Part shown: positions 38,009 to 51,000 of the stretch, in pieces | How the letters are laid out: the number at the start of each line of letters is the position of its first letter | Numbering within the stretch: the stretch's first letter is position 1 | Origin: Adineta vaga | Lineage: Eukaryota > Animalia > Rotifera | Length of the DNA: 64,000 nucleotides | Reading direction: 5' to 3' | Assembly (NCBI GenBank): GCA_021613535.1 | Contig: CP075494.1 | Span: 2,852,001 to 2,916,000 of the forward strand | Position numbers and translations under genes: made by a program | Notes under the pieces: model-generated | What the model was told of the DNA's origin: nothing | The model's database searches: none | What the model saw: only the letters and a program-made list of their open reading frames with translations

Positions 38009-41000
38009 TCAGGCGCAATTAGATGAGAAAACACCGACATTATTTCCACTATAATTTGGGACAATAATATCAGCTTTTCCATCATTATTTACGTCGCCTG
38101 TAGCCACAGCATACAAGGAAGAATTGGTCAAATAGGTCAATTGAGTAGCAAATGTACCATCACCATTGTTGAGAAAAACACCGACGTTCTTTGAACCGGA
38201 GTTTGCGACAACAATATCTGGTATGCTATCACCATTCATGTCGTTTGTCACAACAAAATATGGCTTTGAACCGGCTGTATAGAGTACTTGAGCGCTAAAT
38301 GTGCCATTGCCTGCGTTGAGAAGAACACCGATGCTGGTTTGGTTGGAGTTTGCAACAACAATGTCCGGTTCTCCATCGGAATTGAAATCGGCGACTGCCA
38401 CAGATAGTGGCTGAGAGCCAGTTGGATAGGTCACTTGTGTTCCAAACGTGCCATTGCCGTTATTGAGAAAAACACCAACGTCATTTGAGTCTCTGTTTGC
38501 GACAATGATGTCGAGTTTTCCGTCTGAATTAACATCGCTTGTTACAACAGAATGCGGCTTGTTGCCAGCTGGATAGTTCACTTGGGCGACAAACGTACCG
38601 TTGCCTGCGTTGAGAAGAATACCGACATTATTTAAACCGAAGTTTGCGATAATAATATCGGGTTTGAGATCTCCATTGACGTCAGCTACTGTTGCACAAT
38701 GCGGGTCAGACATATTGCCCGTTGAATATGTGACTTGTGGAGCAAATGTACCACTACCTGTATTGATGTAAACACTGACGTTGTTTGCGAAGGAGTTCGC
38801 GGTGACAAGATCGAGTTTGCCATCACCATTTACATCAATCGCCTCTATAGACCATGTTAAAGTAGGATCAACTGGATAAGTGACTTGAGTAGGAAACGTG
38901 CCATTGCCTGCATTGAGAAAAACACCAATAGTGTAGTTGGCGGAGTTTCCGACGATTACGTCGAGTTTTCCATCACCATCTAAGTCACCTGTGGCTATAG
39001 GAAACGGAACGTTCTGTTGCCACTTGGATAGGTGGCTTGTGCCGGGAAACTGATGCATGGAACTATTACGAAAAACAGATTATTATTAACTTCTGTCTAA
39101 TCATGACGAATAAGCACTATATCGAAGCATTTTTCACTTATGACAACTTCGCTTCAACCATTGTCGACGCGAAGCAAGTGGAAAAGATGATATTCTCCAC
39201 TTCTTTCCAATTTTCGCTAGAAAATATACTCTCAGATTACGAAAAATCACTCTCGTATCTCGACTAGTTTGCAGTAGCTGTGTTCAAGGTATAATATTAT
39301 AATCATGGTCCAACCTCCATATGGTTTCGTGATGTTGCCTTTCATATTTATTCATAGGAACCGAAATTGAATCGCAAAAGTCTTGGAACGTGTCTCGACA
39401 AATGTGAAATATTTAAAATATCGTGGAACTTTACATATGAATACTTGCGAACATGTATACTTACAAGTTCTTCTATGCAAAGAAGCTAACTTAGTGGGCA
39501 TTGAAGGAAAGTACAATTGAAAAAATTGCATGAATACGAAGGTTAGTCAAAACATACGAGAATAATTTATATCTTTTCATCTGTCATAACCAACATCACA
39601 GAACAGTATAGTGACACAGCTTCTCGTTTTTCTAATCATTTCGACCAAGCAATCAAGATCCGACGTTCGTCATCATCTAAGTAAAGCAGCTAATACTCAG
39701 TTCGTCCTATTTATCGAAAAGATACAATTATTTATCCGAACTGTCTTTCTTAGCTTCTGATTCATCGACTATCCTGCGAAAACTGAATAACATTAAAGAA
39801 ATCCACAAAGAAAGGAATGAGAAACACAAGTAAATCAATATCTCCTTCTATTGTTACGCTGCAGTATATCTTTGCTCGCAATATCGTCATATATTACTGA
39901 CAGATTATTTATCAATCACAAAGCAAAAGCAATTGATCTTAACCAACCAAAATTCAAATTTGAATCACTAGAAGCATCTAGAACTACGAATAATTATAAA
40001 TCGCTAGATTCCTTTCCAATCTATTGATCATGCATATATCGTGTAATGATCGACCTATCTTCCTTACCACTTCATTTCTTTGAATGCTTATGTGCATACG
40101 GCAATACAAACTCGAATGCGGTCTTACCTGCTGCTGTTGTTGTCGACGTTGATGTTGTTGTTACTGTCGTGGACTCTGTAGTTGTTGTTGTTGTTACTGT
40201 TGTGGACTCTGTAGTTGTTGCTGTTGTTACTGTCGTGGACTCTGTAGTTGTTGCTGTCGTGGGTACCGTAGTGGAGTTCGTAGTTGTTGCTGTCGTTGAG
40301 TCAGTAGTTGTTACTGTCGTGGACTCTGTAGTTGTTGCTGTCGTGGGTACCGTAGTGGAGTTCGTAGTTGTTGCTGTCGTTGAGTCAGTAGTTGTTACTG
40401 TCGTGGACTCTGTAGTTGTTGCTGTCGTGGGTACCGTAGTGGAGTTCGTAGTTGTTGCTGTTGTGGATTCTGTCGTTGAGTCAGTAGTTGTTGCTGTCGT
40501 AGGTACCGTAGTTGAGTTCGTAGTTGTTGCTGTCGTTGAGTCAGTAGTTGTTACTGTCGTAGGTACCGTAGTTGAGTTCGTAGTTGTTGCTGTTGTGGAT
40601 TCTGTCGTTGAGTCAGTAGTTGTTGCTGTCGTAGGTACCGTAGTTGAGTTCGTAGTTGTTGCTGTCGTTGAGTCTGTAGTTGTTGCTGTCGTGGGCGCTG
40701 TAGTTGTCCCTGTTGTTGATATTGTCGTTGTGTTCGTTGCTCCTGTTGGTATTGTAGTTTTGGGTTTGCTGATCAAGGAGATAAGTATTACAGCAATGGC
40801 AGTACCAAGAAGAATAAGAGCAAGCAGAGAGAAAAATAAACAGCAAGGTGAACATCCGCAACAAATGTAATAAAGAAAACTAAGTAAAAGATTTTCGAAG
40901 TATAATAACGAAAATATTCAAAACAAATACTCACCCACCCCTTCTGTATCTATTCGACTTTCGATTGCGCCTATCTTTATATTCCGTTACATCCGACCAG

Positions 41001-41713
41001 ATATCAGTTACCTACATTAATTTAAAAGATGAATATAAAAGAAAAAAAGAACATGCAGTTTCGTTTTTTCCAGTTATAGCGTCAAATCGCTACAAAATAT
41101 AGGCAATACTGTTGCAACACAAGTGAATCACATTCACTTAAAAATAGTTTTATACGTAATAAGATAATTTAAAATTACCTGAGACCGAGTTCTCTTTGTT
41201 TTTAGCAATGAATACTTGTTGACCTTCGATGGTATTTCTTCATTGTATTCTCGAAGTTCTTTAGTTGAATCATCTGTTGTCGTTAAGGTGCTATTCTGTT
41301 CCGACGATTTTTTCTTCAAATCTTCATTTGTTTTCAGATTGGAAGACGACTAATGCGAAAGTAATAGGAATAATTCATATTTTAAAGAATCTTACCGAGA
41401 AGGAAAGTTTTTTCGACTCGACTGATTTATTATTTCGCGAATTAATAGTATTAGTGGATGATCGAATGTTTACATGGATAACACTAGAATTCCGCTTGCC
41501 ATCTTCTAATGAACGATGATGCTATATTAAAGTGATTAATGAGAATAAAAACAGAAAACAAAAACAAACTCGGATTGAACGACGAACTTTGCGAGTAGTT
41601 GGCGCGAGTGAGGCATGATGAACTTTTATATTTTGAATGTCCGTTGGTGAAATGCGCATTACTCGATCACGACTTTTTCTTACTCTTTTGATGCTTATCG
41701 AATTCGTCTTCAT
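38009..41713 (-). CDS. Type II membrane protein: basic cytoplasmic N-terminus, TM, Thr-rich mucin stalk, FG-GAP/VCBS beta-propeller
   Basis: Exons from ATG 41713; TM CCLFFSLLALILLGTAIAVILISLI; Thr repeat exon ends at phase-1 donor 40128|GTAAG. Phase-1 acceptor at 39063 opens VPCISFPAQATYPSG into six to seven D(V/F)NGDGKLDI...GNGTF repeats; one C missing near 39007. Confidence 0.72.
40135..40705 (-). repeat. Coding tandem repeat (TTATTTNSTTVPTTATTTES-type units)
   Basis: Near-perfect ~63-bp units, e.g. GGTACCGTAGTGGAGTTCGTAGTTGTTGCTGTCG repeated on the + strand. Confidence 0.9.
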
Positions 41714-43666
41714 TGTAGAGTGTTCGATAAGAAAATGAAAATTTATTTTTTTGTTCGCAGAGTCCACTGGATTTCATATCGTACATAAAAAGAACATTGA
41801 TAATATATAATTATACATCTGAAGGGTTTCTTATGTGTGTAAATATGAGACACATATCTCATTAATTCGATTGTGTTTGACGAGAAAAGAATCAATAAAA
41901 GGAAGCTTCATCTTGAGGGTAAGTAAAACAAAAAAAAAGAAAATAGCAACCATCGATTATTTCGATCTCCTTCAAAGGAGGAAAGTGTGCGTACCAGATG
42001 CTACCAATTCCTGAGCATTTTTCAGAATTTTTCGTTACGTAAGTGTTTGTAATTATTTGATATTTTCTCCAACTTAAAGTCTGATTGAAGGTGAGATATT
42101 CACACCTTTTTTTATAAAACATTTATTAAAATTTCTTAAAGATGAATTATCATTGTCTTGATTATGATACGAAAATATATTTTATGAGCGAAAGGATTAA
42201 TAGAGATTGATCTCCAACGGTATGTTATTTTCGAAATGAATTCCTTTTCTTATTTTTTTTAATCAAAAAGAAGATTATTTTTATTAAAAAATCTTTTTCA
42301 TCTACATGATCTCTTACAAATTCATTGTATCAACAATGTGGAATATAGATTTAATTAAAGAAAATCTTAATTACATATTTGACACATATTTTGGATAAAT
42401 TTTTTCATCTTAATAGTAATCTTTGATCGAATTATTTCAAATGGTTCTTCTAAAAGAGATAAATTGATAAAACGAAATGGGAATTCAACTACAAAAGAAA
42501 CAATATTTTCATTTGATTATTCTAATTTACATATTGAAGTTTATTCATTCATTCCATATCAAATGAAATTTTTATGTAAATTATATTTTGAAGAAAAAAT
42601 TATTTGAATATTTTATTTAAAATTATAACAAATATCGATGAAAGAGGAATTTCTTCTTATTTGAAAATACATCAAATTAAGTTTATTGTTTAAACAAATC
42701 GAAATTCGAAAGAAAAAGAGATTCATATGTATGACTGAATATATCAATAGATCGACATATTGTATTTTGTAAGCATTGAATCGAAAATAAAAATATACAA
42801 ATATCAAGAGTTTCTATTTACAAATCGATTGTTTCATTCATTCGTTTCAAAGACAGAATTCGTGATGCATAATACGCATGTTAAAACAAAGATGTTTTTT
42901 AAATTAATCATTTAGAAAGTTTAGAATAGTCCATGTCAATATTGCATAACGATGTATAATGAAAAATTTTCATACCTATGTTACCTGTACTTCTTCATCA
43001 AAATTATTTTCATCTGAGTGATCATTGTGAAGCACATGACATTCTATCGGTTGAGATTTATCTTTGAGAATGAAGCAAAAATTCAAGTCTAGAAAAAGCG
43101 TGTAGCCACGAAATTTCAAGTAGACTCTCGAAAGAATATGCAATGTGAAGGTAAATCACGTTGATGTATACTCCAGTTCACAACCATCCTCACTATTATT
43201 CTTTATTCTTTTTGTTTATGAAACAAAAAGATTTTTTCTCTACAAAAATATCTTTTTTTCTTGATCAAGAAGGGTGTTATGACCTGACCTCTGTCATCAG
43301 TAGAACCGCCCATTCACATCTTTGTTTTCCATCTGTATAGTTGATATATTGTTTTGTTTATCCTTCTTCTGTATGTAATTAGATAATAAATCCTGAAAAG
43401 TTCCACGTCAAAAATGAACATAACTATCATTTACAATCGAATGATAGCAACAACAGTGAACATTTCTTAATTGATTGAATAGTTCGAAAAGAATGAAAGA
43501 ACAGAAAAATGTTGAAATTAATGGTTAAAAACACTTCTGAATAAAATCAACATTTCATCTCTTGAAAGTTGTTAACGGTAAAAGTTTTTCTTTTTTTTCT
43601 TGTTTTTCTCATTTTGTTTTACAAGAGAAAAATTTCTTCTCTTATGTCCACATTTTCATCGATTAA

Positions 43667-45816
43667 ATGGCAACAAACGTCGATCCAAGTTCAACTGATC
43701 TAAACAGCAATCGTGAATGTGTGACTTTCATATGGCTCGATGTTCGACAAGAACCAATGGGATCATTCGTTGGTGCACTTCGATCTATCAATGATTGTGT
43801 ACGCATTTATACAGATATGTCAGTTTGTTTAAATTCAATTCAATCTTCTCATGAGACGATTTTCTTCATTTCATCGACGAGTAATGCAGAATTTTTAGCT
43901 GCAATACATCAATGTGAAACTGTTGAAGCTATTTTTGTGCTTGATCCTAGTACAAATACTATTCGAGGAGATTTTCCAAAATTATTCGGTATTTTTAATC
44001 AACACGAAGAACTTCTTCGAGTTCTTAAAGAAACATTTGATACATTCGAACAAACCCAACTCGAAAGATTTTCATTCGAAACCGATAAAACCTTTCTATG
44101 GTGGCAATTATGGAAAGAAATTGTAAGTTTTTCCTCATTGAAAGCATATAACTATTCTTTCTTATTTCCCTTAGATAACAAGTAAAAAATCAGTACCAAA
44201 TAATAAAAATGATCTGATTGAACAAGCTCGAAATTATTATCGTGGTAATCCAAAACGATTGAGAGTAGTCGATGAATTTGATCGATTATATAAACCATAT
44301 GATTCACTTCAATGGTGTTTTCGTTCACAATTTCCATCAAATCCTCTACGACAGGCACTACTCTCACATGAAATTGAATCCATCTCACCTTATTATTCTC
44401 TTATCATCGATGTAAATCGTTCCATTCAACAACAACAATCCAAACATGCAACTCATGGACAACTTTTTCGTGGAATGAAGTTATCCAATGAATTACTCGA
44501 TTTATTCGAAACACATACAGGTCAATTAGTTTGTGCCAATGGATTTTTTATGTGTAGTAAAGCGAGAAATGTTGAACTACAATTAGCAGCATCACCAGGT
44601 TATCGAACGGATCTTGCATCGGTTCTATTTAAAATTGACTATGATGCATCAGCTCGTTTTGCAGAAGTTCAGTTAGAAAATGGCTCGATGGCAACTGTTT
44701 TCGGTATCGCTACAAGTTTTCGAGTAATGTATGTTAGTCGAGGTGCGATGTCAATCATCAAATTGAAAACTGCTGCTGATGATGAAAAAAGATTTTTACA
44801 AGATTATAAAGGGAAAAATAATGGAATGACAGTACAGATGTTATTCGATGAATTAACAAAACCACCAACACCGCCAAAACCGCCGACACCACCACCACCG
44901 CCCAAAGTTGAAATTAGGTATGTAGATTAGTTGTTTAGGAAATCTAAAATGATCGCTTGGAATTTAGAAAAGAACCAGACAACAGTCCAAAAATATCTGA
45001 AGAAGAATTGCAAGCAAGGAAGTATTTGCAAGAGGGAAATATTGATCAAGCTATTATGACTTATCGACGAATTCAACCCATATCAGCGAGAATTCTTAAA
45101 ATCATCGGTAAGTTGGCAGTTGACGAAAAACAAGATTATCATACTGGAATCGAATGTTATCGGCAAGCATTTCAAATGCAACAAAAGGTAATCTTTATTC
45201 AAATGAAGAATAGAAAATAGTTTCTTTTTAGAAAGGTGAAAATGCTATCGATACTCTTTTACAACTCGGAACTTGGCATTATCAACGCGGTCACTTCGAT
45301 TTAGCGTTCAAGTGTTATACTCGTGTCTTATCGCTCTGTGAATCTACTGATCCACAAGATGTTAACTCAATGATGACCTGTCTGATTGGTCTTGCTAATA
45401 CTCATCAAATTCGAAAACAACCGACTGAAGCTCTCGATTATGCACAAAAAGCATGGACATTACATGAAAAATCTGGTGCTTTGGAAAATGAGAATTCTGT
45501 CGCTGAGATCTTAGTCTTATTGACGAATATTCATCATGAACTTGGTGATGATGCTCAAGCATTGAAACTGGGTACAAAAGCTTTGACACTACGCGAATTC
45601 ACCTCTTCATCAAATCAATCAATGACCGTGGAATTATTGAATACATTAGGATTGGTCGAAATGAATCTAGGTGAATCATCTCAAGCACGTTATTATTTTG
45701 AACGCGCATTGAAAATATACTCACATATGGAACCATCAAAACAGTCAGGAATGGCCGAAGTAGAAAAAAATCTTCAACGTGCACTCGAAATGCAACAAAA
45801 TGTTGACAAACAATAA
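43667..45816 (+). CDS. ART-like domain + TPR protein; exons about 43667-44122, 44176-44917, 44968-45187, 45232-45816
   Basis: N-terminal FIWLD...IFFI...AIFVL domain, ART-like LFRGMKL...GQLVCANGFFMCSK...VLFKID, Pro linker, several TPRs (ALDYAQKA, ARYYFERAL); ~50-nt introns. Confidence 0.8.
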
Positions 45817-46199
45817 AATTGTTTTTGAATTGAACTCGATTTGTCATGTTTCTTTTCTTAGTACTATCAATAAAAGAAAAGGATCAGTATAAAATTCTAT
45901 ATCCAATTTTCATACTAATGACAATTAATTGTGAAAATTTGTGCAATAACATATGTCACAATTTCACTTGTACTTTCATCATAATGATTCATCTCTGTTT
46001 TTCTCTTTTCTCGATTTGTTTGATATATTATGGACTTCGCAAATGATTATCGTGAAAATGATAATTATGAATTACGTAATTCATAAGATATTGAAATAGG
46101 TCAAGCAAATGTTACACCTCTTCGAGCAGCAATATCTCAAAAATATCTTTGTATCATTAGATATGTAATCATCCTTTAATCGACCATTGTGATATAATA

Positions 46200-46495
46200 T
46201 CGTTTGAAATTCATATTGACCCGATCCAATATGAACTGTTATTACAGCAGTTTTTGATATGAGTATAGACGTTGTATTTGCCGACCAAATAACTTGATTA
46301 CTTTCGATCAATGTTGTACAATGACTACCGAGAGATAACGGTTCAAACATCACTCGAGCTAGTGCATATACCATACATAATATGATTACGTGAATTCATG
46401 CCAGGCCCTTCAGATGGAACATCCCATAATTTCCAAGTAGTCGGTGCATTTTCATATGGATTCATAAACATATAACCATATACCGAGTAATGGTT
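46200..46495 (-). pseudogene. Alpha-L-rhamnosidase (GH78)-like C-terminal remnant
   Basis: YSVYGYMFMNPYENAPTTWKLWDVPSEGPGMNSRNHIMYG resembles the GH78 TTxWExW...MNSxNH motif; no upstream coding region. Confidence 0.6.
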
Positions 46496-48033
46496 AAACG
46501 AACTCAGAATATTTAAAAATCAGACAAAAAAAAATTTCAGAATGAAAATTGTGTTGTAATTAGAGAAGAAACAAGATCAGTTAAGATGTCAATAATGAAT
46601 GAACGGCAATTTCAATGTTCTATGATAACCTGTTTAACATTTGCTGTTGTCACCATATTGAATACTCGTCAATGCAAAGCAGTTTAGAATCTTACTAATA
46701 TTTTTGAGGTTATTGTGTTTTCGTACTGAGCTAGTCAAGGAACCAAAAGATGTCAAGTATCGTTTGAACATATGAAGAAACCATAAAGATGTATAACATT
46801 TGAAAATAATATTTTATGTAATCTGATATTGTTTGAATCGGAATATCACAAATATTGTAATAAATATTACAGAGAGAAAAGAGACAAGCTGCAATTATCA
46901 ATCATGCTTTCGTTTTAATCATTTTTATGTTTTTTTTTCATGGAAATAGAACCAACTACTACATGCACATTTACATCCACATCAAGTTTAACAACAGCAG
47001 TAAATAATAGTAGGTAATAGACTGAAGAATTATCACATTCTATACAATGACAAAAAAATTTAGTTGAAAGGAAGAAAGAAAGAGTTATATACAAGTCATG
47101 AAATAAAAGAAAGATTCCTAAAACATTTTCTTATTATTATTTTTCTTACTTTCAATATGATTAAGTGAAAAGAGCTTTTCATTTCGAAAATATTGAGTTG
47201 ATTGAAATGATTTTGTCGTATGACATGAGCAACCATTCTCTACCAATAAACTTCACTTATTTTCGTATTACTTTGGGGGCATTAATAATATCCGAAAATG
47301 TGCTGAAAAGATTCGCCGTCGCATTCGGTATCGTTTCATATACACCTTTGATTAATTCAAGAATAGGTTAATTCACGTTCTTATACACTCTCGTCCTTTG
47401 GCCATTTCTCAGTTTTGGATTGATTCTAATCAGAGTAATTATCTTTGCTTTGTAAATTATTGAAAAAATAGAAATTCTTTTTGCATAATCGATCTCTTTT
47501 ACATTATCGATAATTTAACTTATTACAGTTTATTCATTTTATGAATATTTATATCATCAAACAACAATTAATGGTGTATAGATTGTTTTTTTTATCTTTT
47601 TGTTGATTTAATACGTAATTTCGCAACTTGGTGTAATAAATACTTTTATCCTCACTCAGTCAATTGCCGTTGCTGTTACATTGCTTTGAAATGAATAATA
47701 ATTAAAATTTGTTCTTGTTTGGACTTTTATCTTTGTACTCTGTTTTTAAACAACATCGAAATATAGCAGAGCAACTTACTTCATTCTGCCGCGTGACAAG
47801 GTTGAGATAAAACTATTTCAAATATTTCAGTTAATTTCTTATCTTTATCAAAAGCTACAAACAAACACAGAAAGAGAATAGGCATACATAAAATTATTTC
47901 AGTTACGATGAAAGAGTCTCTCAAAACAAATACAACTAAAGAGACTATGGGCATCTCTATTGCAGAGAACAGTCAATCTACCAAAATTTCGATGCAAGCA
48001 ACAACAGTGCTCGTTTGTAATCATTCGTTTCGA

Positions 48034-51000
48034 ATGAATCTTCGTTCATTCTGTTCACTGTTTAGTGATACTATTTGTATCACTATCTTAATCAGTGGAC
48101 TTTTATTCGGTCTAATACAAGGTAAAAATTCTGACATGTTACTAATACTCTGGCGTCGAGATCTATAACAATCATAGTCTCAATACTATCAGTTTTCCTT
48201 TTTCAATATATAATTGGATCTTCTGTGCAATCTATTTTAACAGAGTGAATTTTTACGCATACTATTAATCGAATCTAACGGCGAAATTTAGATATGAGGA
48301 TTCATCCCAAAACACTATTGTTATTATGATATTGATTCAGACCTATTGATTATCCCTATGCGAAGATATATTTACTATAACCTCATGTCAATGTTGAAAA
48401 TCAGTCTTACCGTAATGATTATCAGATATGAGAAAGTATTGAGATTCTGTACACTATAGAGTATGTAAAAATATTTGACTAATACATTGACTCTTTCATA
48501 TAGCTAGATACTATTGAAAACATATTGGATCGATTGTTGATAATTTATGTATGACTTTAGATGATGGCGAGCATAGAATTTAAGTTAAGACTAACAGTTT
48601 GATATAAATTCCAACTTTTAAATTATAAGAAGTGAATATTGTCGCTATCTTCTACTATTTGTTCTAGAATCAACAGCTGTGCCATTGGCAACTGCTCAAG
48701 GAGATGTGACAATGATTTTTTCTGGTGTTTGGACTGAAAACAGTCCAAAGTTTTCTCGCACTTTGCGCCAATCGGAAGAACATTTCTTTTATCAAGCAAT
48801 TGAAATAAAAGTTCCGATAATGGGTACTTACACGTTCACCAGTAGAAGTGCAATCAATACATATGGTTATATCTACGACACTGATTTCGACTCTAACAAT
48901 GCTAACTTAAATCTAATATCACAAGACGATGATGGCGATGGCAAAGGACAATTCAAAATCACTACTTTTCTGCATCCTGATCACCGATATATTTTGGTTG
49001 CTACGACCAATACTGCGGAAATTACTGGAGAATTCTCGATTATGTCATCTGGTCCTACTGCAGTGAATGTACTTTCTAGAGCTGATAGTAAGTAGTATAT
49101 ACATGCAACGCTTCAATAGAGATGAGAAAGTTTATCATACTAAATCATATTTTGTCATACTAATTAATTTATCTTTAATTTTTACAGATATTACTTCAAT
49201 ATATTCGAGTTCATTATCATTCAACAGTCAAATATTTGTTCGACCCGATGGTTTTGATGATGAGTTCTACTTCTATGAAGCTATACAGATTAGCGTGTCT
49301 ACTGCTGGTACTTATGTATTTACGAGCGACAGCCATGTTGACAGTATTGGCTACTTCTATAACTCACCATTCGATCCATCCGATCCAACGATGAATTTAA
49401 TTACTGAGGATGATGATAGTGGTGATGACATCAACTTCAGTATAGAAGTATACCTTCAAGCGGGACAAAACTACGTTCTTGTAGTTACAACACACAGCGA
49501 ATTTGTTACAGGAAGATTTTCTGTCTCTTCATTTGGCCCAGCTTCCATCAGTTTTACGTCTATCATCGCATCAACAAGTCAACCAATAACAATGTGTAAG
49601 TTCATCATCACTTTGATCTATTTCCTAATTTATTTTTTTGTAGCACCTACTCCGCCTACTACGCTATCATCCTATTCGAGTGCACTCTCCTCTAGTAGTC
49701 TAATATATGTTCAACCCGACGCTAACGACGATGAATACTTCTATTATCAGGCTATACAATTTACTATTTCTACTGCTGGTACTTACACTTTCACAAGTGA
49801 CAGTGACATTGACACTATGGGCTACCTTTACAATTCAACTTTTGACCCATCTAATCCGTCGATGAATTTAATCGCCGAAGATGATGATGATGGTGATATT
49901 CCGCTACAATTTCGTATCCGAATTTATCTCGAATCTGGACGAACCTACGTTCTTGTGGTTACAACGAATGCTGAATTAACTACAGGAAGTTTCTCTATCT
50001 CTGCCTTTGGTCCAGCTTCCATTAATCTTATGTCCATCATTCCATCAACAAGTCAACCAATAGTAACAAGTAAGTCCATCACCCATTTTATCTATCTCTC
50101 AATTTATTTTTTTTCCTAGCACCATCTGTACCTACCGTAACATCATCATATTCAAGTGCACTTTCATCTAGTAGTCAAATATTTTACCGACCTGAAGGTC
50201 ACAAAGACAAATTCTACTACTTGCAAGCTATCGAGTTTAGTATTTCTACTGCCGGTATTTATACATTTACGAGCGACAGCATGTTTGATACTATTGGCTA
50301 TTTTTACGACTCACCTTTTGATCCCTTCAATCCATTGATGAATTTAATCACTGAGGACGATGATAGTGGTGACGGATTTCAGTTTCTTATTGAAGTTAAC
50401 CTCGAAGCTGGACGAACCTATGTTCTCGTGTTAACAACGCATTCAGGACTTGTTACGGGAAATTTCTCTGTTTCCGCTGTTGGTCCAGCTTCTATCAATC
50501 TTATTTCAATCATGGCATCAACAAGTCGGCCAATAATAACACGTAAGTTATACATCAAGATTTTTCTTCACACAGTATAAGAAATAATATCGTTTAGCTG
50601 CTTAAATACTAAGTAGTTTGTAATGAACTCATTTTATTTGTGATTGTTTTTTATTCTTTTAGAACCCACTACGCCTTCTGTGTCATCCACATATAGAAGT
50701 GCACTAACGTTTAGTAGTCCAGTCTATGATAGACCTGAGGGTAACACCGATTATTACTATTATTTTCAAGCAATAAGAATCACTACACCCACAGCTGCTA
50801 CTTATGTTTTCACAAGCGACAGTGATATCGACACCAGAGGTTATTTTTATCAAAATTCTTTTGATCCATCCGATCCAATGACAAATTTAGTCACAGAGGA
50901 TGATGATAGTGGCCCTCAACTGCAATTTCGTATCCAAGTTTATCTCCAACCTGGGCGTACGTACATTCTTGTGGTAACTACTCACAGAGAACATGCGATT

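Noticed and set aside
29743-39058. Bacterial or fungal contamination as the source of foreign-looking genes
   Set aside because: They are interleaved with animal-type GPCR and F-box genes, CipC has a host-size intron, and the same dispersed motif runs through the region.
40135-40705. Regular repeats as a CRISPR-like array
   Set aside because: No unique spacers; it is an in-frame coding VNTR in a eukaryotic gene.
40046-40870. 274-aa Val-rich ORF on the + strand
   Set aside because: Antisense shadow of the Thr-rich mucin repeat.
42130-42900. Possible decayed F-box/LRR gene on the minus strand
   Set aside because: Only compositional resemblance; no motif I can anchor.
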